Assembly (NCBI GenBank): GCA_015680685.1
Contig: MNCI01003473.1
Location: 491,754 to 555,753 of the forward strand
DNA from: Gnetum montanum
Taxonomy: Eukaryota > Plantae > Gnetophyta
Direction: 5' to 3'
DNA length: 64,000 nt
The notes below the pieces were generated by a model. It saw only the letters and a list, made by a program, of their open reading frames with translations, was not told the origin of the DNA and made no database searches. Shown here piece after piece: positions 22,884-36,200 of this stretch. The position numbers and the translations under genes were made by a program. The number at the start of each line of letters is the position of its first letter. Position 1 is the stretch's first letter.

Positions 22884-25800
22884 AGTGAAACACTTTCTTA
22901 TTAAGTTATTGGAAATTAATATGCATGGTAATTATAGTCCTCACACGTAAGTCCTAATATGATCATATCTTCTAGCATGTCAATGCTAAAAATTTTATAC
23001 TACTAGTTTGGAATGTGGGAGTTCAATGTAGCATAAGAAAGTTTATCCTAGTGAAAATAAGTTAATGCATAGTTCTGCCATTTACCATAATTTTTTTGTT
23101 AGTGAATTAGAATATGGTTAGCTAAAAAGACTAAGATAACTCATAAATCTATGGTACTCCATAACACTTAGTTTAATTGAGCAAATTCATTTGATAGAGA
23201 AACATATAAGAAGGGTAGTTTAGAGGGCATCATAATTCACAATTGACATTTTAATAATGAAGGCTCGTTGATTCATTCATATAGATGTATGCTTATACAT
23301 TCATGATTGAGTTTTTCAAGGTTATTTTTCCTTTAAAATTATTCTTCCTAACTCTACAAGGATGCCTCCATGAACTAAGCATTATATTACTCAATTCATG
23401 ACCACAAATGATCTTGAACTTGATATACCTTTTGCTAAGTCAATGATGATGACATAATGAGGTACAAAATCTCTAATTGAATATGAACTTAGTCTATCAA
23501 ACATGAACAAGGAATGGAAGGGAATGATAAAAATGTATGGTATAAATACTAAAAAAATACAGCTAAGTATTTATTGCAAAAAACAAAGCCCAAGTATAAA
23601 ATGCTAGAAATTTTTCAAAGTATATAATAGACTATGAGAGATAAAATAAAACCAAGTAGAAAAACATGACTATAGTGACATAAAATGGTTGAATATGAAA
23701 CACTACGATATGAAGGAAGGATTTAGGTTCTCTTTCCAAAGAATAGAATGATTTATGCTTAGACAAAATGAGTGTTTGTCTCCTCAGGAGGGCCAAACTA
23801 GAAATATTAAAGCAAAAACGTAAGTAGGATATAATTAATAATAAAAACCCAATTCATGAGAAAAATATAGATTTGGAGAGTAAAAGTGAAGCTCTGAAGG
23901 GTGATGATATAGTGAAAGAAGTTGTAGAAGCAATCTAGAATTAATTTTAACTAAAAACAAGGTTGTATTAGCTCAGTGCCTTATAACTAATGCTAGAGCT
24001 AAAAAAATCCTAACTTTGAAGATTAATGCTAAAGCCCAAAAAATTCTAAGTGTGGAAGATTAATGTAGATGCTACTTGATTAATGTGGATGTCACATCAA
24101 TGTTGGTACCAAAGCTTGTAGGTGTTGGGATGGTTTTGGAGCTTGCAGGTAATGTTATGAGATTTGCTATATGTGCTCTTGATCTCTCAAATTCTTAAGA
24201 AGTTCTTAAGATATCTAGAAACTGATCTTGAATTTTTGTTTTAAACTCTTATTTATAGGCCTCCAATTTCAACTTAATGTTACTAAATCTAAGATCAAAG
24301 TCAAGTGTATTTCACCCAAAGTTGATCTAGAGTTTGAAAATGAAAATTTTGATCTTAATGTTCATAAAGTATGGTAAGTTGCACAAGTGACGTTGACGTT
24401 AGCATTAGTGTCACCAACACTTAGAAAAGTTTTTGCAATTTTATCCAAGTATTGATCCAAACCTTCCAAGACTTTGTTTGATGCATGAATTGATGTCAGA
24501 TGATTCTAATATGCTACTAAGAAGCTCATAAGACCAACGGATGATGCCATATGATAAGTTGAAAGATGTAAGATATCACTTGGAGAGTCCAAGAATAGGT
24601 GATGCTGACATTGATGTTGGCATCAACATAAACATCACTAGTACTTAGTGAGATTTTTAAATTTATTCCCAAGTCATAATTTTGGACTTTGACAACTCTT
24701 TTTGACATCCAAACTGATGTCAAATGTCATGAAGATGATGTTTAGGAATCCATGAGGCATGCAATTTTAGTCATATATAAGGATTAAGGTTGAGGATTAT
24801 AAAATGTAGCTTCTTGGAGTGTTGATGCTGATGTTGACATTGGTGTTAGCATCAATGTCAACTAGGGAGTTAAAAAAAATTCAATATGTTTTAGAAGTAA
24901 ACTTCAATGACTTTAGGATGCCTAGACCGATGCTAAAATGAGTTGTAATGATGTTTATTGAATGCTAAGAAATCTATGGAACTATCGAGAGTTGTAAATG
25001 TTGAACTTGATGATCCTATGTAGTGTTGAACCAAGCATGGGGATGCTAATGCTAACGCTAATGTCAGGATCATCATCACCTATGTAAGTTGAAAATTTTT
25101 AAACTCTAATTGCTTAAACTACCTTCAAACTTGCTGAAATTATCATTTCAAGTAACAAAACTAATGTTGATTTGCTTGTAGGAGAGTCTAGAAAGCTAAG
25201 AATTGAGTGAAACTATAGGTGTGGAATGCTAAAGATGGTCCTACAGGTGCTAATGCTGACATTGACACTAGAATTAGCATCAATGTCATCCCTAGAGTTA
25301 GAAAAATTTTGACCCCAAGTGTCCTAAGGTCAAACTATCAAAATTGCTAAATTTTACCTATGTGATGCCATGGGAGATTAGGATGCACTGTTTAAGGTTT
25401 TGCATAATCCAATTTGATGCTAAGATGTAGTTTTGTGTAGGTGACACAAAAAATGTTGTCTAGGACTACATTTGATGCCAAATCTACCTTAATTTCAACA
25501 CAAGAAAAACTTTGGTTTTTCAACTTTTTTGGGATTACCAAGAATAAAGTTCATAAGTTGGATTATGAACTAGGATGATGCTTAGTGACCTTTGAGAGCT
25601 AGGAATATATCTTGTGATGCTAAATTGATGAATTTTTATGCTTGAACTTATATATGAGATTGTCAAAACTACACTTAGTCTTAATTCATGGTGAGCTCGA
25701 AACATTTTTGTACATTACCCCCTCTTGATTGATGCTATTGAGATATCAAATGAGGATCCATTAAGAAGGAAATAGAGGTATGAATTGATGTACCTATAAA

Positions 25801-26281
25801 AAAAGTGGGAAGAAAGAGGCAAAAGAAGGGGAGAATGTTAGAATATCACTAATACACCAATCATGAGGATGGTGCTATGCTACAGAAGGAGGGCATGACT
25901 AGATACTACACACAAGATGGCCAAAAGGATGTCATTGATACTATTCATATCCTCTCTTGTTCATGCTCTTAACACACCATTACCGAAATGGAATTGAATT
26001 ACTTAATCCTCACTAATGTTCTGATGAAAGTGAAGGAAAAGAGATGAGAAAGAGGAGTTAGAGAGAAGTATGAAAGAGGAGATGAAATGTAGAGTTGTGA
26101 AAATGAGAAAACAATAAAATAGAGGAGAAATGAGGAACATTGCCTGTACACTAAGATGAGGTGTTGAGCCACAAAAGTAGGATATGGCAAGATCCTGCTA
26201 GAACTCAACATACCCTTGCATGAAGTAAAAATGACAAAACACTCATTATTCTCTACATGAGGTAGACCATTGATAAACATC

Positions 26282-27061
26282 TGATGAGCCACGATATTGC
26301 ATATGCGATATTACGTTCTGCTGCAATGTCTATAAATAAGAGGCAGCTTTTCCTTGTTCACTCATCTAGATTTAGACCCTTAGCCAAACTATAGCAATTT
26401 TACCATTCCAGAGTTAGAATAATTTCCATGTGCCCGCAGGAGGAGTCTTAAAGTGAAAGGATCTTTATTCGAGAAAATTGTACCTAAGCACACATTTGTG
26501 TACGGCAATAAAGACAAACTTTCTGATAAACCTTGCAGCATGTGGACTAAGCTAAATAGGAATTAATTATTGTTGAATGTTTAATTGCTTTCTTAGTTAA
26601 TTAATATCTCTCAACCCTTGACTCTCCTAGTTAAGTGCACTCAGTACGACTACTTCGAGCACGTGTGTAATGCTTGGTAACTCAGTAACGAGTAGCGTTT
26701 GGTAATCCCAGTAGCGTTGCACTGGTTCAGGGTGTGTGCAGCAAGTGGGAACAGATACTGGTGTTAGGACAATTAGAACTTAGTTAGTGAATAGTTAATA
26801 TAAGTTAGTCACTTAGTTCTCTTCACCCTTTCCCTATTAGCGTAAAGACATTAAAAAGATAAAAGATATAAAAATCATATACCTTAAGCTTACTTAACCA
26901 TATAACCGTCACAATACAAGTAAGTTTGGGAACACAATGATTGATTAACCTTAAGTGTTCCATTTGGGTGTGTAAGCACTTAGTCCTTGGAGTTCGACCG
27001 GATCGCACGTGAGACACTCGTATTCGTATGGTTGAGTGTAGGGGTACCTCGCCACTCATCA
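26282..27061 (+). mobile_element. Athila-like solo LTR with 5-bp TSD ACATC
   Basis: tgatgag...ctcatca termini; acatc at 26277-26281 and 27062-27066; no PBS or PPT. Confidence 0.95.
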
Positions 27062-27561
27062 ACATCCTAACTATATTATGCTATAGAAGAAATGTTAGTA
27101 AAATGGGATAAATAGAGAGTAGGAGAAGTAGCTTAAATTGTATGAGGGAGATAGAAGACAGAAATAGTAGAAAATAAAGAAGAAGAAAGAGAGAGAGGAG
27201 GATCAAGATAGAGAGGGAACCAAAAATAATGTAATAAAACATAGGAGAAGAAAAGGGTTAGAACAAACCTAAGATGTATTCTATTTTTTAAAGCCTCAAT
27301 TATAGTATTGTTTGAGATAATACCTATTCTTAGGATTTGGGTACTAATTCTCATTTGAGTCCACCAAGTAATATGCTCAATTGCCAAGGCTTTTGAGAAT
27401 GATGAAGGGACCTTGCTAGTTTAGGAAGAACTTGGAAGTCTTAGTATTAGAAAAATGCCTTGGAATCAAGTTACCTTTCTTGATTTCTCTCAATCTGATG
27501 TTCTTTTCAAGATGATGACACATAGATGCTTAATAGTTCTGAATGTTAATTGCTACTTGCT

Positions 27562-30500
27562 TGTGGTTTTCTTTCAAGATATTTAACTTAATACATCATA
27601 TGTTATCATTCTCCTCATTTCTCATCCAATTATTCAAGGCTAATTAAAGTAAAGGCATGTCTAACTTTACTAGGAACATAGCTTCTGATCCATATGTAAG
27701 TATAGAAGAAGTTCAATAGGTTGTAGTTTTGCAGGTGGTTTGATAAATCCACAAGGCATGGGATAACAAGGTAGAGGAAGAGAAGATTATCTAGAAGGTT
27801 ACGATGGAATGAAGAAGAAGATTATGAAGAAGAAATAGGCTACGATTAAGGTAGTATTTTGTAATTGGTCAAGAAGTGGATCACTAAGGAATCTAAGAAG
27901 GTCCAACTCATGTATGACTAACCAACTAGAAAACTTTCCACTAGACCTATCACAAGAAACAGGTGAAGAAAAACATCATAAGAACGTAGAAAAGAAGTAG
28001 AAAAGACTTACAAAGAAGTATTTTGTATAGTCCAATGAAGTAATGACTTAATAAAGTACAAGAGAAGTTTGTGAAGTTAAATTTAGGAGGAATTTAATGA
28101 AGTTTAGTAAATCAAGTCTAGGTATATAAATTTGTAATGGATTGAGTTACAAACAACAATCATAAGTATATTATATCTTATAATGGAGAAATGAATATGA
28201 ATCAAAAGAAGAGACACTGCTAGGAACAACAACATAAAAAGTTCTTAGCTAGGTAGAACTTGGAGATACAACAAGCCCAAAGATGATTTTATGAATTACC
28301 AAGATAAGGAATGAATATTAATTTATTGAATTAGTACAACATAAATCTATTCATTATAATAGGATTTGTACACACCTAGATCAATAAAACTTATGATACT
28401 TAGAACTTCCAAGAATTAAAAAGAGTAGTCATCATTACAAATAGAGCTATGATCTTATATTTCCATAATATCGATATTACTACCAGTTACGAAGAGTGAA
28501 TCTTCCTATAAAAGATTCTAAGGCATTAACATTGTGTTTTATTACAAATGAAATGTAAAATCTAGCATGGTATTAGAGCTCAACATATATGAAAATAAAT
28601 AAAGGGATGTGAATGATGCTGAATAACTCAAAGCACCAACAAGAGAAATTATCAAAGTAGAAGAGATTATTAGAATGTGAGTAAGAGAGATTACAACTTA
28701 GTATGATATTCAAGAAAATAAGTAAGAAGATTGGGCACTGTAAAGCTTTAGTCAAGAAAGCTAAGTCCATAAGAAAGTTATGAAGAAATAGAAGATAAGA
28801 AGAAATTGAACAAAGATATAGTGAAGATGACTTCTAATAATAGTAGTGGCCCCAAGCAAAGATTAGAAGACTAAGAAGATTTACATTGAGAAGATAAATT
28901 TGAAGTATAATCTATAAATTAATTCTGAAAAGGCATGTATAAAGAAAAATGATGCTTTAAAATAATCATAAAACTACCTAGGGAACCATAATTATGTCAA
29001 GAAGAAGAAACATAATTAAAATCAAATGAAAATATAATTAGTTTAGGAAGAAAATTAAAGAATAACTAAAGTTCCAATTTAAATATTCAGGAATTAGAGA
29101 CTACAACTTGTAATCATGGACATCAATTTGCACCATTTTTCTACTTAATGAGGTACACATCAAGAAAGGATACATAGTTCAAGTTATAGGAAGGAGAATC
29201 TATTATACTAAGAGCATCAAGTTGGTAAGATTTGTTAGCCAGTAGTTTCTTTTCAAAAATAGCAAGTTGGTACCACATGTTAGATGAAATTTAATGAGAA
29301 GTATAATAAAAGGTGATTGAATTCAAATTGACCATTGAGATGAGAATAAGATTTGTAAGAAACTTACATTGAGGTTTTGATAGGCAATCATAAAACTCCA
29401 AGTCATGAGTACCAAGAGATAAGTCCTAACCATGGTCCCATTTTAGTTCAAATTTTGGCACTAATTCCAAAACAAAAATTTTATTCATAAATCTATCGTA
29501 AAAAATGATAGAAGAAGAATTTCAATTTCAAGAATATAGAGTGAGGATAAATGGAAAAGGCCCCATCATAAACCACAAGCACTAATCCACATGTTGAATA
29601 AGAAAAGAACAAAATACTAGAGAGGAAAACTATCTTAGATTGTAATAGAAATGGAAAGAATAAGATCATATAATAAGATCCCAAGATATCAAAAGTAAAA
29701 TGTGAAATGATGTGATCATACACATAAAAATTCCTTTACTTGAATGATGGATTGATTTTGGCTTGGAAAGGATCTAAAAAGGTCCCCATTGGAAGTGTGG
29801 AAACCCATATCAAGGTTGTATAGATCCTTATGAGGGTTGCATAGCTAGAATTAAAGGCCCTTGTAAAGGGAGTTCAATCATGTACATCACTTGGGACTCA
29901 TTTTATGTATATTATTAGCTCGAATTTCAAGGAAAACACTATGGACCAAGAAGTCATCATAATAATCAGTTCTAAATTTCAAAAGGTTGAATTCTAATAC
30001 AAAGAAAAATCCAATCAGATATTATGAATAAAAGTATATGATGGAGTAAGTAACCCTATTAAGAATAAAGGGAAGAAGATGAAATCATGACCAAGATTGC
30101 AAAATGAAGACATAGAATAATATATAATGAATCCCTAAAGTAAGAAAGGTTAAGTTTCATGTTTCCAAGTTCATGAGTAAAGAGGAGAAAGAAAACTTAC
30201 TGTTTGGATATAGAAGACTTTATGATCACTCATGAATTTGTAAACATGCAAGATGAAGTCAAGAAACTAATGCTTGAAGAAGAATTTTAGAGTATACTCC
30301 TAAGTTAAGGTACAATTCTTAGTCTTTTAAATTAATACATTACTAGTTACAAATAGTTGTCATGCTTTAGTCAAGATTTACAAATCCTTACAAAGGATAA
30401 AAGACTGCAAGTTCTTTGTTCATAATATAAGGATAAGAAGAAAGAATAACATAAGTAGATCAAGTGGAATAACATGAAATAATATGGAACAATGAATAAG

Positions 30501-31546
30501 TGATGAAAAGAAGAATTATGAAACAATAACAAACAATAAGCAACGATGGAATAATTTGAATAATGGTGACTGAAGATGAAATTAGAAACAAGGAAGTCTC
30601 TATAATTCATAGATTCATAATTACAATACAAGAAACCAAAAGGTTATTAAGTAATTCAAAGATAAAAGAGGTGATGAAGGATCTAGTTTTCTAAATAAGA
30701 TAAGAAAATTCAAGATGAGCCATTCATAATAGAGTCCAATTTCCTAAAGAAGAAGAAAAGATAATCTGGAAGGTTATGATGGAATGAGGAAGATGAATAT
30801 GAAGAAGGGACAAAGTATGATTGAGGTAGTAGTATGTAACTAGTTATGTAGTGGATCAGTGAGGAATTCAAGAAGGCCCATTCCACATAAGATTGACCAA
30901 CTATGAAAATTTTCACCAAGCCTATCACAAGAATCAAGTGGAGGCAGACATCATGAAGATGTATCCAAGAAGAAGAAAAGACTTATAAAGAAGTATTTTG
31001 TGAAGTCTAGTGAAGTTAAATCAATAATAACTTAATGAAGTACAAGAGAAGTTTGTGAAGTTAAGTTTAGAAAGAACTTAATGAACTTTAGTGAACCAAG
31101 TCCAAGCATAGAAAATCATAAAGAATTGAGTTATGAAAAATAATTATAAGTATACTATATCTTATGATGGAAAAGTAAATACAAATCAAAAGAAAATACA
31201 TAGTAACATAAGAAGTTATTAGCTAGGTAGCACCTAGAGATACAACATGCCCAAAGATGATGTTATGAATTATTAGAATAATGAATGAATATCAAGTTAT
31301 GGAATTAGTACAATGCAAATTTGTTCATCATTAAAGAATGCATAAGCAACCAAGCCAAATTAGTAAGAGTTAAGATATTAAGAACTACCAAGTATTACAA
31401 AGAGCAGTCATCATTATGAAGAATACTATGGTCTTATATTTTCATAATATTGATATTGCTACTAATTATGAAAAGTAAGTCTCCCTGTAAAAGATCCTAA
31501 GGCATTAACATTGTGTTCTAGTATGAATGTAATGTAAAATCTAACA
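27562..31546 (+). mobile_element. Heavily decayed, internally deleted LTR element (iMet PBS) with TSD TTGCT
   Basis: 5' LTR 27562-28567 followed directly by tggtattagagc; partial 3' LTR ~30747-31546 colinear with 27772-28567; ttgct on both flanks (27557-27561, 31547-31551); gag-like KVKFHVSKFMSKEE..W at ~30146. Confidence 0.75.
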
Positions 31547-32715
31547 TTGCTACATATACTTAAATGTACTTGTTTTAGGATCGTTTATGCTTCATCATGA
31601 CTTAGAAAACATAGAAAGATGCTCAATGTAGAAATACAATATAAAATACTAGGTTCAACAATGTAAAAATTCTTAGATTATTTACACAGAATGCTCTTTT
31701 ATGATGATGAAAAATTTTTGAGAGTTTCTTAAGTTTGAGAGTTTTGAATGATGTCTCAGTACTATTCATCTTCTTCTAAGTTAACCAAGTATAGTAGGTT
31801 CACTCCAATTAATAAATCATCTTCCAATATTAAATCTAGATATTATGAAGAGATAATTAATTTTCTAGAAAATAAGAAAAATAGCTATCTTCAATTATTC
31901 AAGAGAAGATTACAATAGGATTTTCAAAATCCTCAAAATATTTAAAAACTCTCAAACACTTAGATGATGCTATGGACAATGAGGCTTTACAACAACATAA
32001 GGACTATTCTCAATGCAAGACATAGCTAATGGAGAATCTCTTCCATGAATTGGAACTAAGATCTTAACTCATAAGTAAGACCAAAACACATAGGCCAACA
32101 TACAACACAATTGATCTTAGAGTTGCAACCTCTATGCACTCACGCCATGTGCTTTCCTTCTCTCTTGCTCAAGTTTAACATAAGAACATACATGACATCT
32201 CCTCTCCATATCTCCATATCTTATAAGCATGAAACAATAATATATTTGTTAAGAAAATAAGACAAGAATCTAAGGAAACCTTTCACAAGCTCAACTTGGA
32301 GTTTCAATGTTGTTTTTATCTCTTTTTACCTTCTCGTAGTTGCTTTCCATGATAACTATCACATTGAAGCTTTGAATGAGACATCTTTCAACCTTCCTAG
32401 ACATTTACTTGTCGATTCCTAGATGATGTTGAGATGTCTTTCATTAGGGTGAGATGTATCCTCCATGATAGAGATGTATCCTCTACAGTTGAGTCATCTT
32501 ACCAAAGATGTCTCCTCATCTACAAGATGTCTCCCATGAGAAGACTGCTATTCAAATAAGATATCTTCTCTAAATTCAAGATGTTTATCATAACAACCCA
32601 AGTCTTAGTCAAGACATCTCATAGATCTTCAAGACATCTTTTTAAAGATTGAAACCTGCAACAATAACTTGTAAGGAAAAGCACAAGGGAATTGAGAGAG
32701 GTGTTCCTACACTAG

Positions 32716-33287
32716 TGATGGGACACGATATTGCATGGGCCACAATATCGCGTACGCGATGTATCGTATGTGATATCGCATTGTCCCTGTGATATCGTGT
32801 ATGTGATATCGTGGTCCACCACCATTTCTATAAATAAGAAGCGCCTCTCCCTTGTTTCACCATCTAGATCTAGATTCTTAGTGAAACTCTGGTAATTTTA
32901 CCTCTCCAGAGATAGAATAATTTCCATGTGCCCACAGTAGGAGCTCCAAAGTGAACGGATCTTTATTCGAGCAAATATTGTACCTGAGCACAAGTTTGTG
33001 TACGANCTAGGTTAATTAAGGCTTAGTTAGTTAAAGTTAGTTACTTAGTCTCTTCACCCTTCACCTCACTAGCATAGGAGATAAAAACATAAAAGATATA
33101 AAAATCATATACCTCAAACTTACTTAACCATACAACCGTGACAAATACAAGTCTGGGAAGATAATGAACAATTAACCTTAAGTGTTCCATAAGGCATATA
33201 GGCACTTAGTCTATGGAGTTCGACCGGATTGCACATGTAATGCTCGTATTCGTATGGTTGAGTGTAGGGGTACCTCGCCACTCATCA
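32716..33287 (+). mobile_element. Athila-like solo LTR with 5-bp TSD ACTAG (collapsed at an N at 33006)
   Basis: tgatg...ctcatca; actag at 32711-32715 and 33288-33292; colinear with 26282-27061 except for a block missing at the N. Confidence 0.93.
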
Positions 33288-33291
33288 ACTA

Positions 33292-36200
33292 GCTCTCCCA
33301 TTCTTCAAAACATGAAATCCTATGAACAAGAGAGTAAGGATTGAAGTGATCCCCCACTCTTGAAGTTTGATTCATGGATCCATACAACATCATCTATAGA
33401 CTATTTATTTTAATGGATCACATATTCATGCCTCTTGACTCCTTGAGTGCTAGAAGCTTCCCTCCACTTAAGTACAATTATCTTCCTCTCTGTTGAAGGC
33501 TTGGACTAATTGATAGCCCCCTTTAACTCATTGATGCTACTTTATATGGTATCCTCACCAACAAGTCCATGATAGTGCACAAGATCTAAAATATTGAATA
33601 CAAAAGACATACCAACATTTTTTGGTAAATCAATCTCAAAAGCATTATCATTAATCTTGGCCTTAATTTTGAAAGGTTCAATTTTCTTGGCTTTTAACTT
33701 GGAGAAGTTAATAACTCTTAACCACTTCTTCTTTAAGTACATCCAAACCAAGTCACCAACAATGAAATTTAGATTCTATTTTCCCTCATTTGTTTTAAGG
33801 ACTTTCTCTTCAGTCTTCTTCTCAAGAATTGATTTCACTTGTGCATGCAGATTCCTCATCTCTTGCACAAGATGAGCACTAAGTTGAGCTTCACCATCAA
33901 AGCTCTTGAAAGTGTCCACCATCTTTAGACAAAATCCATAGTTCATTTCAAATGGACTTTTACTAACAGCCATATGAAAAGCATTATGATATAAAACCTC
34001 AACATGACAAAACAAGTTTTTCCACCTCTTTGGCTATCCATCACACAAACTTCTCAATATGCTTAGCAAGGATTTATTTACCACCTTTGTTTATCCATTA
34101 GATTGTGGATCATATGCACTAGAAAAAATTCAAGTTTGTCCCTAAAATTTTCCAAAGGGACTTCTAAAAGTGACTAGTGAATGTGAATTCTTTGTTACTA
34201 AAAATATTTAAGGGAATTTCATGCAACTTTACAACATGATGGAAAAACAAATTTACAACATGAGGAGCATCACTCACCTTCTTTCATGAAATGAAATATG
34301 CCATCTTGGAGAACCTATCCAAAACAATAAAATTTTATCATTTCCACTTTTGATTTTTGAAATACCACTCATAAAATTCATAGCAACTCTTTTCCATGGA
34401 CCATTGGGAATTGGAAAAGGCATATAATATCCATCAACTTCTTTACCTCCTTTTAATTTTTGATAAGTCAAGCACTTCTTCACAAATTTTGAAACTTTAG
34501 TTACCATATAGGCTAAAAATAGTGCCTACTCACAAGTTCCAATGTTTTATCCTTATGTGACTTGCCATGACACTAAAATACTTTTTAATCAAAATATTTT
34601 TCCTAAAATCTTAATTAGGAACACATACCTTTCTATTCTTAAATAATAGTTAATCTTAAATATTATAGTCCCATCATTAGTCTATCCTACTTATCAATGG
34701 AACTTTGAGGCTTTTCCACACTTGTCCAAAATCACAATCATGCTCATACAAATTAGCAAAATCGCTCATACCTTCCATATGAGGCACACTGAAATTAATC
34801 ACATCCATCCTAAAGAATACATTAGCCACCAAATTGGCTTTCCCACTCTTATGTTTTAGCACAAAGTTGAACTCTTGCAATTGTGCAATCCACTTCATGT
34901 TTTTTACACTCAACTTCTTTTAGGAACATAGGAATTGTAGAGCTTTGTAATTTTTCATCAAAGTGAACTCCTTGGGTAATAAATAATGCCTCCAATGCTT
35001 GATTGCTTAAAGAATAACATACAAATCCTTCTCATATATACTATATTTTTGCCTTGACTCATTTAATTTTTCTGCAAAGAAAGTAATAGGTTTGCCTTCT
35101 TATAAAAGGACCCCACCAATGGCAAGTCCACTTGCTTCCATCTTCACTTGAAAAAGATTTTGAAAATTTGGAATTGTAACCATTAGTTCATTGGTAATAT
35201 TTGCTTTTAACAAGTCAAAGCTTTCTTAGATTTTATTATCCCACTTAAATTATATATTTTTATTCAACAAAGAAAATGCAGGTCACGAAATATCATTAAA
35301 TTTTTTATGAACCATCTATAAAAACCTGCTAAACCAAGGAATGATCTTGCCTCCTTAACATTCTTGGGAGTTGGCTAATCCCTAATAGCCTTCACCTTGG
35401 TAGCTTCCATTTGAATTTGATTTTTTAGAAACCACATGCCCCAAATATGTGATTTCCCTCTTGAATAAATGACTTTTGTTCACATTGATCAACAACTATA
35501 CCTTCTATAATTTAAGACACACCATTCTTAAGTGATCTAAATACTCTTCCCTATTAGAGTTATATACCAAAATATTGTCAAAAAAGACAATATAAAACTT
35601 ACCAAACAAGCCCTTCAATACATCATGCATCAACCTCATGAATGTAGTAGGTGTAGTTGTGGGCCCAAGTAGCATTACCAATCACTCAAACAATCCATCC
35701 AATGTCTTGAAGGTTGTCTTTCATTCATCACCAAACCTAATTCTAATTTGATCGTAATCACTCTTCAAATCAACTTTGCTAAAAATTTCAACATTGATAA
35801 GGACATTGAGGATATCATTCATCCTTGGAATAGGAAACATGTACCTCATTATTATCCTATTCATTACCTTGGAATAAATGTACATCCTCCATTCATTACT
35901 ATTCTTCTTTGGCACTGGCACAGCTAGAACTACACATGGTGAAATGGATTCCCTCATCAAACTATTTATAAGTAACTCATTTGCTTGCCTTTGTAATTAA
36001 GCTTGCTAATTTGGTGCCATTTAGTAAGCCCTTTTATTTGGAATTGTAGCAGCAAGAATAATATTAATTTCATGTTGTACATTACTCATTAGTGGTAGTC
36101 CATCCAATTCTTCCTTGAACACATTGGAAAATTTCTCCTTTAAGCCTAGCACATCTGTAGGAAGTTTAACTTGGACATCATCATGGTTAGATGAAACTAT

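Noticed and set aside
23783-23795. Partial miR390-like ctcaggaggg
   Set aside because: Only ~10 nt, inside an LTR, and not conserved in the sister LTR.
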